A stretch of DNA of 64,000 bases from a virus (taxonomy: Duplodnaviria; Caudoviricetes), in IMG/VR virus record IMGVR_UViG_3300028888_000002; one strand, given 5' to 3'. A program made the translations under genes and the position numbers. The first letter of the stretch is position 1. Each line of letters opens with the position of its first letter. Below the pieces are notes generated by a model. That model saw only the letters and a program-made list of their open reading frames with translations. It had not been told where the DNA came from and did no database searches. Of the stretch, positions 18,096 to 26,429 are shown in pieces.

Positions 18096-19055
18096 TCAGT
18101 ATGCGAACGTGTGTAACAAGTATTTTGAAAGGTCTGCGTTTTCGTCCAGGGACGCAGACGTGTGAAGCACTCCCTTTCTGCACAGGACCTTGTAGGTGTT
18201 GTAGGAAATGCTGTGGTGTTCTTCAAACGTCCTACACATCTTGTCCCAACGGCTTTCGTTCCTGGGGACCTTGTTCTTACGCAGGGACGGGTTGTTAATC
18301 ACCGTGGGCAGCTTGCCGTCCACGTAGTTTTTGAACATTCCACGCAGACCCCTCCAGGCGTTTTCTACACGGGAGCGGGACCAACCCTTTTCCTTGTAGA
18401 ACTTGTTATAGATATGGGACGCTGTGAGAATGCCACGGGACCGCTGCCGTGCAAGCGACAAGTGCTTCACAGGCTCACGGTCAAGCCTGCCCTCGCAGAA
18501 ATCCTTGAATATCCGCAAGGCATCGCCACGTAGGGCACGGATATACGGGAGCATAGCTTTCGGGTAGTCGTGACCTTCTTCGGTCCCGTCGGAAAGTTTC
18601 TTGCTGTAATCTTCCAGGATATATCCGTAGGTCACGTCGGAAATGTCAATCGGGTCGTCGTCGGGTTGACGCTCCGTAGATTCGGAAATATCCCGCATTG
18701 TTTGAATGGGCGTGAGTGTGTTGTCGTCGGAACACGCAGGATTGATAGCCTTTCTAGCCCACGCCTTATTTCTCTTTGCAGCGGGATTCTTGACCTTTTC
18801 AATCTTAATAAGGCACGGACCCCTTGTAGCCTTTTTCACCAGGGCAGAAACGTCTTGCAGCTTGTTACGCAGCCAGGTTTCAAACGTAGCCTTGCTAGGG
18901 TGGTCGGGGTCGTAGGTCACGCAGGCTTGACAGAAAAGCAACTGTGCTTGCAGCAGCAAGTCATCAGCCAGGTCGGGGCATTGGTAGGCGTATTTGTCAA
19001 CAACGCTAGAAATTACCCCTGCATATTGGTAATACAGTTCTTCGGTAGGTTTCAA
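18096..19055 (-). CDS. phage RNA polymerase sigma-factor-like protein (sigma70 region 2)
   Basis: LYYQYAGVI..V..Y...DDLLLQAQLLFCQACVTYDPD..KATFETWLRNKL matches sigma region 2 (DLxQExxxxLxxAxxxFDxxxxxxFxTY); TTG start. Confidence 0.7.
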   Translation of the reverse strand: MKPTEELYYQYAGVISSVVDKYAYQCPDLADDLLLQAQLLFCQACVTYDPDHPSKATFETWLRNKLQDVSALVKKATRGPCLIKIEKVKNPAAKRNKAWARKAINPACSDDNTLTPIQTMRDISESTERQPDDDPIDISDVTYGYILEDYSKKLSDGTEEGHDYPKAMLPYIRALRGDALRIFKDFCEGRLDREPVKHLSLARQRSRGILTASHIYNKFYKEKGWSRSRVENAWRGLRGMFKNYVDGKLPTVINNPSLRKNKVPRNESRWDKMCRTFEEHHSISYNTYKVLCRKGVLHTSASLDENADLSKYLLHTFAY

Positions 19056-19066
19056 GGGTCGGGGTT

Positions 19067-19145
19067 CCTCGGTTTAACAGGTTCGGTTTTTAGGTTGTAG
19101 TATAAATCTAACAAATTACCAACATTTTGGCAACAGGTTTATGTC
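19067..19145 (-). promoter_or_regulatory. degenerate early promoter cassette upstream of the sigma-like gene
   Basis: ACCTG-TTGCCA(19133-19128)-17bp-TAGATT(19110-19105); GGTAATTTGT; AACCGAGGA RBS. Confidence 0.65.
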
Positions 19146-19151
19146 ATAAAA

Positions 19152-19598
19152 TTATTTACGTTCGGGGTCGTCGCTACCGAAAGCAGCAGCCTGGTTACGC
19201 AGGATTTCAATGGCTTCGTCGGGAGTTACCTGGCGATAGCTCAACCCGCCCACTTTCACCATTCCACGGAACGGTCGGCTGTCCTGCTTGTAGTCCTGCA
19301 AGGTCCAGGGATTATGCCCTGTCTTCGGGGGTTCCTGCGTGATTTCCTGGAACAGCTCCCACTGCATAGGGTAGGACGTTCTAAACCTAACCTTGTGGTC
19401 CGTAACAAGCGTGTAGTGGATAGTAACCTGGTCCTGCTGCGGTTCAATACGAACGTCCATAATATCTAGCGTATGTTCGGCAAACATACCCCTTGTTTCT
19501 TTTCGGGCTATGTATTCGGCAATCTTGTCTAGGGTCGTGTATTGTGCGAACAGCGTGTCACGCAGGTTATAGATAAATGCTTCGTCGGGGATAGGCAT
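19152..19598 (-). CDS. hypothetical protein
   Basis: AAGGAG RBS. Confidence 0.65.
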   Translation of the reverse strand: MPIPDEAFIYNLRDTLFAQYTTLDKIAEYIARKETRGMFAEHTLDIMDVRIEPQQDQVTIHYTLVTDHKVRFRTSYPMQWELFQEITQEPPKTGHNPWTLQDYKQDSRPFRGMVKVGGLSYRQVTPDEAIEILRNQAAAFGSDDPERK

Positions 19599-19610
19599 AC
19601 GTGGCTCCTT

Positions 19611-19823
19611 TTAGATACGGCTGAAACTACCGCTAATAAGCGTGTCCTTGCGGTTGGCGATAACATTGTGAATGTGGTGCCACCTGGCGAGAGCCTTTGT
19701 GTAGGCTTCACGGACGGTCTTGTTATATTCGCTAACGGAATAGATTTCTTCGGAAGTCCGCTGTTCCGTAGAACCGTTGCGGACCCAAGTAATGACGATT
19801 TTGAATGCGGGGGAATTGGACAT
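19611..19823 (-). CDS. hypothetical protein
   Basis: GAGG RBS. Confidence 0.6.
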   Translation of the reverse strand: MSNSPAFKIVITWVRNGSTEQRTSEEIYSVSEYNKTVREAYTKALARWHHIHNVIANRKDTLISGSFSRI

Positions 19824-19833
19824 AGTAACCTCG

Positions 19834-20277
19834 TTAGATAGCCCAGGTAGGGAGTTGCTTTCCGTTCTTGAACACTTCCACGTTGCGGACGGACCACATA
19901 GATTCGTAAGTCTTGAGTGTGCTGCGGACGCTGCTAATGTGCTTATACTTGAACACTGTGGGTTCTTCGTGGAAGAAGTTCACACGGACTTCGTAGCATT
20001 CTTTCCTGTTGCGGGGCTTGTGTTCCTGGGACATATAGATAGTCAGTCCGTCAACCCCGTTGGCAATCTGTTCGTCGGTGTATTCCCGCCAATCCCATTT
20101 AGTGCAGTTGGTATTTTCAATGATATAGTCAAAGGACTTCTTTGTGAGAACCTTGCGGTTATCCACCTTGAACCCGTTGTTACGCAGGTCACGGATAAAC
20201 TGCTTCTTTGTCGGGTAGTCCCTTTCAATGTGCTGTAAAGCACCCGTATCGTCTTTGACAGAAGCCTTGAAAATCAT
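19834..20277 (-). CDS. early hypothetical protein
   Basis: First gene after cassette 5. Confidence 0.7.
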   Translation of the reverse strand: MIFKASVKDDTGALQHIERDYPTKKQFIRDLRNNGFKVDNRKVLTKKSFDYIIENTNCTKWDWREYTDEQIANGVDGLTIYMSQEHKPRNRKECYEVRVNFFHEEPTVFKYKHISSVRSTLKTYESMWSVRNVEVFKNGKQLPTWAI

Positions 20278-20283
20278 TGTTAT

Positions 20284-20370
20284 ACCTCGGTGGTTGTGGG
20301 TGGTTGTTTTCCTTACACCTTAAATATAACAATTTACCAGGTAGCTGTCAATAGGAAAATTAAAATTTTT
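20284..20370 (-). promoter_or_regulatory. early promoter cassette copy 5
   Basis: TTGACA(20351-20346)-17bp-TATATT(20328-20323); leader ACAACCAC..ACCGAGG. Confidence 0.8.
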
Positions 20371-20371
20371 C

Positions 20372-20409
20372 AATAAAAAGCGGGCGGGTCGTTGCAATCA
20401 ACCCGCCCT
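20372..20409 (-). terminator. intrinsic terminator closing the ncRNA candidate
   Basis: GGGCGGGT..ACCCGCCC hairpin followed by GCTTTTTATT. Confidence 0.8.
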
Positions 20410-20811
20410 ACCACAATCGCCACTCTACTCTTTTCGTTGGGACCTACGTCAGTCATAGGTCGGTCCCGTAGGGAACTTCCCTCGCAAGAGTCCTACAAGT
20501 CGCTTTATTAGCCACGGTTGCGGTTCCCGTGAAGCCCCTGGGTCCGACAGGGCTTTATCGGAGCGTTTTTAGTTAGGATTACGCACAACCCCCCAGGTCC
20601 GTTTAGCCACCTGTTTGGCGATAGCAGCACCCGCTAGAATCGGACTAGCAGCTTTATGGGGGAACAACCTACTACGGGCTTCGGTTTCTATTACCCCATT
20701 CAGCAGCACACACCCCTTGCAAGGGATATGCCATTTATGGTGGAAGCACCAACTTCTCGGCAGGCATAACGTTTGCAACCGCTACGCAAGCCTATCCACC
20801 CAAGTGCTGTA
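20375..20811 (-). ncRNA. candidate structured non-coding RNA (~400-430 nt), family unknown
   Basis: No credible CDS; own promoter (20817-20833) and terminator; at least 8 hairpins, several with G-U pairs that form only on the minus strand. Confidence 0.6.
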
Positions 20812-20816
20812 ATTCT

Positions 20817-20833
20817 AATATAGCAAGATAGCG
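20817..20833 (-). promoter_or_regulatory. compact phage promoter motif CGCTA-N5-CTATATW (one of 14 copies)
   Basis: CGCTATCTTGCTATATT; other copies at 16546, 21752, 24816, 27111, 31451, 32667, 34843, 38795, 42293, 42785, 57774, 61391, 63656. Confidence 0.75.
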
Positions 20834-21517
20834 TCAAACTCCGATATTCCCGAACAGGTAGAACGGTCCTGTAAGTTGTCGGAGGCGTTGGTTCGCCACG
20901 TCGTAGTATTCCTTGCACAGTTCGGTCCCGATAAACTTTCGGGCTTCCAACACGGCTGCTTCTGCCGTGGTCCCGCTTCCAATGCAGGGGTCAAACACTA
21001 TATCCCCGTGGTTGGAACTAGCCCGTATGAGCCGTCTAAACAGGTCCAGGGGCTTTTCCGTCGGGTGTCGCTTGCTAGACCCGCAGGGGTGTCGCCATAC
21101 GGGGGATTGGCAGAACTCATTGAACGTTGCGTTGGACTTACGCATAAACACGCAGCATTCCACGGACGATAGCCAAAGGTGCTGCCCGTTCATAGGCGAT
21201 GGGTTCGTCTTTTCCCAAATACAGAGCCTTGTAGAAAGCCCCTTGTCAACTCCCGCCTTACGCAGCATAGACACCTGTTCTGTTCCACAGAAAATATAAA
21301 TGCTCCCCTTACAGATACGGATTACCTCGTCCATAAACTTGTCAAGCGGGAACGTTAGAACGTCGGCAGCTTCCTTGTTAATGTGACGCAGCCCGCCTTC
21401 TTCACGGTCGGAACATTCGTCGTAGGGAATATCCGTCAAGACCATATCCACGCAGTTGTCTTCTAGCCTTGCCATATATTCCAGGCAATCCATATTATAG
21501 AGTTTGTTCAATTCCAC
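20834..21517 (-). CDS. DNA N6-adenine/N4-cytosine methyltransferase, beta class (MTase 1)
   Basis: DCLE, TDIPY (motif IV), HPTEKP, DPCIGSGTT (motif I after IV). Confidence 0.9.
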   Translation of the reverse strand: MELNKLYNMDCLEYMARLEDNCVDMVLTDIPYDECSDREEGGLRHINKEAADVLTFPLDKFMDEVIRICKGSIYIFCGTEQVSMLRKAGVDKGLSTRLCIWEKTNPSPMNGQHLWLSSVECCVFMRKSNATFNEFCQSPVWRHPCGSSKRHPTEKPLDLFRRLIRASSNHGDIVFDPCIGSGTTAEAAVLEARKFIGTELCKEYYDVANQRLRQLTGPFYLFGNIGV

Positions 21518-21704
21518 TTTTATACTTTTCCTTTTCGCTCAAAGTTTCAAGCATAGTAATCGGCAGGGTAGCTAACGCTGCAAGTGCCCAGGACACTTCT
21601 TCTTTCGTGATTTCGCCCGACTCAACCATTTTACGTGCTGCGTCCATAGGGGTGCGTGTTTTCACAACAGCGTTCAACTTTTTCCAAAATTGCAGAATAT
21701 CCAT
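21495..21704 (-). CDS. hypothetical protein
   Basis: AAGGA RBS; precedes MTase 1. Confidence 0.55.
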   Translation of the reverse strand: MDILQFWKKLNAVVKTRTPMDAARKMVESGEITKEEVSWALAALATLPITMLETLSEKEKYKSGIEQTL

Positions 21705-21712
21705 AAATCCTT

Positions 21713-21749
21713 AAAATAAAAAGTAGCGGGGCAACACGCCCCACTACTA
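21713..21749 (-). terminator. intrinsic terminator-like hairpin after recA
   Basis: AGTAGTGGGGC..GCCCCGCTACT followed by TTTTATTTT on the minus strand. Confidence 0.7.
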
Positions 21750-21774
21750 CAAATATAGACAGATAACGACCTTT

Positions 21775-23091
21775 TTAGGTTGCGTCTGCTGCGGGTTCGG
21801 CTACGGGTTCGGCAGCAGGCTTTTCAGCGTAGTTGTTGCCGTATTTGGCAGGACGCTTTGTCGCCACAGCGTCTTCGTGTTCTTCCCATTTCGCCCTTAC
21901 ACGTTCTGTGAGTTCCTTCGCCATTTCGGGGTTGTCTTCACACAGCTTAATAAGTTCGTCACGGGTAAATTCTTCGCCAAATTCGTCGTCAAAGTTAGCC
22001 TTGCGTTCGGGGTCTTCGGTAGCCCAACCGATAATCCAATCCACGGAAAGATTAGCGTTGCCTTCCTGGGATTTCTTGTCTTCCCTGCATTCCGCAGTCC
22101 AACCGTTCTTTTCAAGCCACGCTTTAAGGTTGGGGAGGGATTTCTTCTTTGCCGTAGCACTCCAAGCGATAGCGTTAGCAGCCTTTGTGAGCAGCTTGCC
22201 GTCGTCGCCACGCAGGTCAAACAGGTAGTCAATGTTGGAACCGATATTGTCAATACCGTAGTCAAAGTAAGCGGTATAGACGATTTCACGGAACGGACGG
22301 GGTGTCTTTGACTTCGTTGTAACAGCCTTGACGACCACGCCTACCTTTGTGCCCTCACGCTCAATAAATGCGAGCCTGGACAGCTTCAAGCGGGTATGGC
22401 AGTAGAACTCCATAGCGTCACCGTTGCCCGTTTTTTTCTTCGGGGCGAACGCACCCACGGCACCGAAGTTGCAGCGGGTCTGCGACACGATAATGAGCGT
22501 GAGTTTCTTGCGTTCCAACGCCTTGTGCTTGTTACGGAAAAAGTCCTGGGACAAGAACTTTGCGATTTGGGCACCGTAGTCACCGTCGTCCTTGACTTCT
22601 TCACCCTTTGCCTGCTGCTTTGCACGTTTGGCTTCCTTTTCCTTTTTGGTCTTGTCTGCAAGACCGTCCAGGGAGTCCACCGCATAGATACCATACATAT
22701 CTTCGGGCATCCAATTCAGCATATTCGTAAGTTTACCGTCCATTTCTTCAACGGTTTCGGAGTCTTCAAATTTAAGGTTTCCAATCTTACGAACTTCGGG
22801 GTGAATGTTCACACCATACAGGCGTTCGGTCTTGAACGTATCGCCCGTTTCGGAGTCGTCCGACTCCCAAACAAGTTTAGCTTTCGGACCGCCCATAGCC
22901 CAATAGGTTGACGCAATCATTTCGTTCTTGATAAAGGTCTTACCCGCAGAGCTATCGCCCCAAATTTGGATAATGGCACCGAACGGCAAACCATAGACAC
23001 CTTTATCGCCACCAATGAGCAGGTCAAGCAAATCGCTGCCCATACGCACACGGGGTTCTTCCACAACCACGTTTTCTTTCTTTTTAGCCAT
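21775..23091 (-). CDS. recA: RecA/UvsX-like recombinase with a 57-aa C-terminal insertion
   Basis: GSDLLDLLIGG..GLPFGAIIQIWGDSSAGKT (Walker A), AVDSLDGL (Walker B), IIVSQTR, GNGDAMEFY, KSKTPRPFR, YGID. Confidence 0.9.
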   Translation of the reverse strand: MAKKKENVVVEEPRVRMGSDLLDLLIGGDKGVYGLPFGAIIQIWGDSSAGKTFIKNEMIASTYWAMGGPKAKLVWESDDSETGDTFKTERLYGVNIHPEVRKIGNLKFEDSETVEEMDGKLTNMLNWMPEDMYGIYAVDSLDGLADKTKKEKEAKRAKQQAKGEEVKDDGDYGAQIAKFLSQDFFRNKHKALERKKLTLIIVSQTRCNFGAVGAFAPKKKTGNGDAMEFYCHTRLKLSRLAFIEREGTKVGVVVKAVTTKSKTPRPFREIVYTAYFDYGIDNIGSNIDYLFDLRGDDGKLLTKAANAIAWSATAKKKSLPNLKAWLEKNGWTAECREDKKSQEGNANLSVDWIIGWATEDPERKANFDDEFGEEFTRDELIKLCEDNPEMAKELTERVRAKWEEHEDAVATKRPAKYGNNYAEKPAAEPVAEPAADAT

Positions 23092-23105
23092 AGTAATATC
23101 CTGGT

Positions 23106-23140
23106 TAAAAAGGGGCGTTAGCGTGAGCCAACGCCCCCTG
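23106..23140 (-). terminator. intrinsic terminator after ssb
   Basis: GGGGCGTT..AACGCCCC followed by TTTTT on the minus strand. Confidence 0.75.
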
Positions 23141-23157
23141 TTTGTTTACGGGTTATT

Positions 23158-24717
23158 TTACTTCTTGCGAGCCATCAAGCGTTTGCACTTGTCACACTTG
23201 GACCAAATGGCTTCGGGACAACGGCTGCACAAAGGCATTTTTTCACAGTCGGTTCCGAACTCATAACCATTCGGGCATTCGCCTTCGTCCACGTCACGCT
23301 TCGGCACAGACCTCGGAGCGGGCTTTGCAGGCTGTTCTTCGGGCTGTTCGTCGTCAAACGGCATAGTCGGTGCAGGTGCTTCGGAACGGGTCGTTTCTTT
23401 GGACGAATCCTGGTCCACGGCAGTCTTGCGGGAATTGCGACGGGCTGCGGTGTAAGGGTCCGTATTGAAATCGGCTTCGTCAAGGGTAGCGTCTTTCGGT
23501 TCGTTATCCTTGAAGCGGGCAGGGGCTTCGTCCTGTGCAGGGCGACGACGTGCGGGTGCCTCGTCTTCTTCCTGGACGGGGCGACGACGAGCAGGGGCTT
23601 CGTCCTGCGGTTCTTCTGCAACAGGGCGACGACGAGTCGGTGCAGGCTGTTCGTCTTCGGCTTCGTCGGCAACAGGGCGACGACGTGCAGGTGCTTCGTC
23701 CTGCGGTTCTTCGGCAGCAGGACGACGACGTGCCTGTGCGGGCTGTTCGTCTTCTTCAACTTCTGCGTGGCGACGACGATTAGTCGGCTGTTCGTCACCC
23801 ATATCGTCGGACGGGTTGTTATCACGGAAACGTGCAGGTGTAGCCTGTCCTTCGTCGCCTTCGTCGGGCTGATTTTCATAGCCCTCTTCAACGTCGTCGG
23901 GGTCGCCATAAAGAGCAGCTTTAAGTTGGTCGTAGGTCTTAATCACCATCATAGCGTCAAGCGACGGGCACTTTGCGAGAACGTCCGCAGCGATTTCTTC
24001 CTTGCGTTCGTTGAACTCAAAGTTAGCAGCTTTCTTGAATTTCTTGCCGTTGCCCATAGTGTCTTCGTTCACGTTGAACGACACGACACGACCTTCTTCA
24101 ATGGAAGTGTCGGCAAAGTTCACAACGCCCTTGCCACGCATACAGGCGGTGGCACGGTCCTGCAAGTCCTTTGAGAAGACAGCGTGGGACACTTCAAAAA
24201 TCTTCGGGTCTTCGCCCTTGTCGTAAAATTCGTCGGTGAGTTCCTGGACAACGTAAATGCACTTGCGACGGGCAAAGAGCTTGCGGGCTTCGTCCTTTGT
24301 GCGTTCGTCTTTCCAAAGTTCGTCGGCACGTTCGCAAATCGGGCACGGCTTACCGAAGTTTTTCTTCGGGCAAATGTAGTCACCGTTCCCAGGTCCGATG
24401 CGGGTATGCACCATAAGGTCAAGCACGTAATCCAGGTCGCCAACCATAACCTTTGCGGGGTTCGGGTTGCCGTTACGCAGAAATTCGGGTTCGTCCTTTG
24501 TGCGGACAACTTCGGGATGGTTCTTTGTTGCAATCTTCCACGGAAGAATGTTAATGTCGTGGTAAGTGCCAGGGTCGCCCATTTTGAAAAATTTGAGTTT
24601 GGTGGACCCATAGTTCATAAATCCTTGACGGGTTACACCACCGTTGGATTCACGGGTATCTGTTTGCTGTTGGGTGCGACGACCCAGGGACATACGGCTG
24701 CGGTCATATCCTGCCAT
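23158..24717 (-). CDS. T4 gp32-like single-stranded DNA-binding protein with repetitive C-terminal region and terminal Cys cluster
   Basis: H..IG..N..YICPKKNFGKPCPICE zinc motif, long acidic tail, position between uvsY-like and recA. Confidence 0.75.
   Translation of the reverse strand: MAGYDRSRMSLGRRTQQQTDTRESNGGVTRQGFMNYGSTKLKFFKMGDPGTYHDINILPWKIATKNHPEVVRTKDEPEFLRNGNPNPAKVMVGDLDYVLDLMVHTRIGPGNGDYICPKKNFGKPCPICERADELWKDERTKDEARKLFARRKCIYVVQELTDEFYDKGEDPKIFEVSHAVFSKDLQDRATACMRGKGVVNFADTSIEEGRVVSFNVNEDTMGNGKKFKKAANFEFNERKEEIAADVLAKCPSLDAMMVIKTYDQLKAALYGDPDDVEEGYENQPDEGDEGQATPARFRDNNPSDDMGDEQPTNRRRHAEVEEDEQPAQARRRPAAEEPQDEAPARRRPVADEAEDEQPAPTRRRPVAEEPQDEAPARRRPVQEEDEAPARRRPAQDEAPARFKDNEPKDATLDEADFNTDPYTAARRNSRKTAVDQDSSKETTRSEAPAPTMPFDDEQPEEQPAKPAPRSVPKRDVDEGECPNGYEFGTDCEKMPLCSRCPEAIWSKCDKCKRLMARKK
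23515..23790 (-). repeat. tandem coding repeats (E/Q)DE(A/Q)PA(x)RRRP, about 6-7 units, in the SSB tail
   Basis: Repeated GACGAAGCCCCTGC..CGTCGTCGCCCTG units. Confidence 0.8.
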
Positions 24718-24867
24718 ATTGAACTCCTATTTGTTTAGTTTGCGTTTTGCGTTTTGTTTCTGTTCACTATTCACATAACCCTTTGGAGCGGAGAACCCCG
24801 CAGGGTTGATAATTCAATATAGCAACATAGCGACAAAATTGCTATATGTCATACTGAAAACTTTGTG

Positions 24868-25356
24868 TTACCTGCCGTTCAAATGCCTACGGATAGAGTT
24901 CGTGGATTCGTCGCCCGCCCAATCTTCGGCTACGCCTTTGGAACTCAACACGTTAGACTTTGACAGCATCATACGGACGGCACATTCAATCATAGACTTC
25001 TTTTGGTCAAGAGCCTTAACCTTGCCGTCCAACTTTTTAAATTCCTTTGTCTTTTCAACGATAACCTTACGCTGCTCCACCAGGCGGGAGTCGGACGCAA
25101 CCAGGGCTGTGACTTCGGGGATAGTCAACTTGACCTTGTTCTTTTCAGCGTCCTTACGGATTTCAAGTTCAACTTCGCCCTCCATTCGTTTGAGGGTGTC
25201 CGCTGCGTCGTCACGTTCCGCAAGGGCATCCACAGCCAGGTCGCTGTAATAGGCATACAAGGACGACTGCATAGCCACTGCGGGCTGCAAATCCATAAAG
25301 TCAATTTCCAAGTCGGGGTCAACCGTATTTATGGAAAAGTTGTAGTTCCCGTTCAT
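24868..25356 (-). CDS. UvsY-like recombination mediator (coiled coil)
   Basis: DLEID..DL....Q..LY.YY..L...A; KLTIPEV; LDQKKSMIE; context next to ssb/recA. Confidence 0.6.
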   Translation of the reverse strand: MNGNYNFSINTVDPDLEIDFMDLQPAVAMQSSLYAYYSDLAVDALAERDDAADTLKRMEGEVELEIRKDAEKNKVKLTIPEVTALVASDSRLVEQRKVIVEKTKEFKKLDGKVKALDQKKSMIECAVRMMLSKSNVLSSKGVAEDWAGDESTNSIRRHLNGR

Positions 25357-25398
25357 AAGGGTTCCTTTTGTTTAAGGGTTAATCGGGTTAAAAAATAA

Positions 25399-25471
25399 TG
25401 GACGTGACAGGGCTTGAACCTGTAACCGTCGGGTTATGAGTCCGATGCACTAACCATTGTGCTACACGTCC
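25399..25471 (-). tRNA. tRNA with CAT anticodon (Met or Ile2), no encoded CCA
   Basis: GGACGTG acceptor pairs with CACGTCC+A; D arm GCAC-AATGGTTA-GTGC; loop CTCATAA; T arm ACAGG-TTCAAGC-CCTGT. Confidence 0.9.
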
Positions 25472-25483
25472 ATTTCAGCCTAG

Positions 25484-26428
25484 CTACTTCAAGGACCTGT
25501 AAGCAGCCAGGACAATGCCAGGAAATCCCGTGTCATAGGTGTTAATGGCAAATTCTTCCATAACACGGCAAATGCGGTCACTGCTCTTTTTAAGCAGGAT
25601 AGCGGAGCAGTAACCCAGGACGGCACGACGGATAGTTTCAGCGTCAACGTTGCCCTTGAGTTCCCGCAGGGACTTGTTAATTTCATTCCAGGACGGCTTG
25701 CTGTCACAAAGGGCACGGCAAAGGTCCAGGGTATTCGGGTCGTCTTCAAGACCACCCTCCAGGATTTTCAACTGTGCTTCAACGTCGTTGGGGCTTGCCA
25801 TAACCTTTTCAAGTGCAACCAGGGCAGCACGGGGCGAGCCGTCGGCAGATTCAATGATAGCCGTAAGAACCTTGTCGTCCACTTCAAACTTTTCCGCTTC
25901 GGCAGTCCGCAGGACCAACTTGCCCAACTGTCGGGCGTTGAGCGGTTCTAGCTTCCATTGGGTGCTGCGGGTGGCGAGAGCCTTACCCTCGTCGCCTTTA
26001 AGCAACTGCTGTAAGTTCGTTGTGCAGAAGAAGAAATAGACGTGGGCGGGCATATCCTCGGTAGGCTTCAAGAATGCACGTTTAGCGTCTGCGGTCATAC
26101 CGTGGGCTTCGTCAATGATATAGACCACGGACCTGCCTTTAAGGGGCAGAGAACGCATTTGGTCCCTAATGTCACGGACGGTATCAATGCCACGGTTGTC
26201 GGACGTATTGATTTCGTGAATGCTGAAATCGGGGTCAGCGTGAAGCAGCTCCGTAGCGATAATGCGGGCGATTGTGGTCTTGCCTGCACCGCTAGACCCG
26301 TAGATAATGTGGCAGTGCGACACACGCTTCGGGTCCTGTGCGAAATGGGTTTGAATGGCATTGATTACCTCGGTGTTGCCTACCATATCGGCAAACGTCT
26401 TCGGGCGATACACTTGATAAAGTGACAT
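25484..26428 (-). CDS. dnaX: clamp loader, DnaX gamma/tau-like AAA+ ATPase
   Basis: SLYQVYRPKTFADMVG, GSSGAGKTT, RGIDTVR, IIDEAH, AFLKPTE, GSPRAAL. Confidence 0.9.
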   Translation of the reverse strand: MSLYQVYRPKTFADMVGNTEVINAIQTHFAQDPKRVSHCHIIYGSSGAGKTTIARIIATELLHADPDFSIHEINTSDNRGIDTVRDIRDQMRSLPLKGRSVVYIIDEAHGMTADAKRAFLKPTEDMPAHVYFFFCTTNLQQLLKGDEGKALATRSTQWKLEPLNARQLGKLVLRTAEAEKFEVDDKVLTAIIESADGSPRAALVALEKVMASPNDVEAQLKILEGGLEDDPNTLDLCRALCDSKPSWNEINKSLRELKGNVDAETIRRAVLGYCSAILLKKSSDRICRVMEEFAINTYDTGFPGIVLAAYRSLK

Positions 26429-26429
26429 A

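Noticed and set aside
20375-20811. tmRNA, RNase P RNA or group I intron identity for the structured region
   Set aside because: No tRNA-like acceptor/T-arm ends. The frame ANVMPAEKLVLPP* lacks an AA-type tag end. GAGGGAAGTTCC is only superficially like RNase P and is misplaced. The region does not interrupt a gene.
23515-23790. Regularly spaced DNA repeats as a possible CRISPR array
   Set aside because: They are in-frame degenerate coding repeats within the SSB gene, with no unique spacers and no cas genes.
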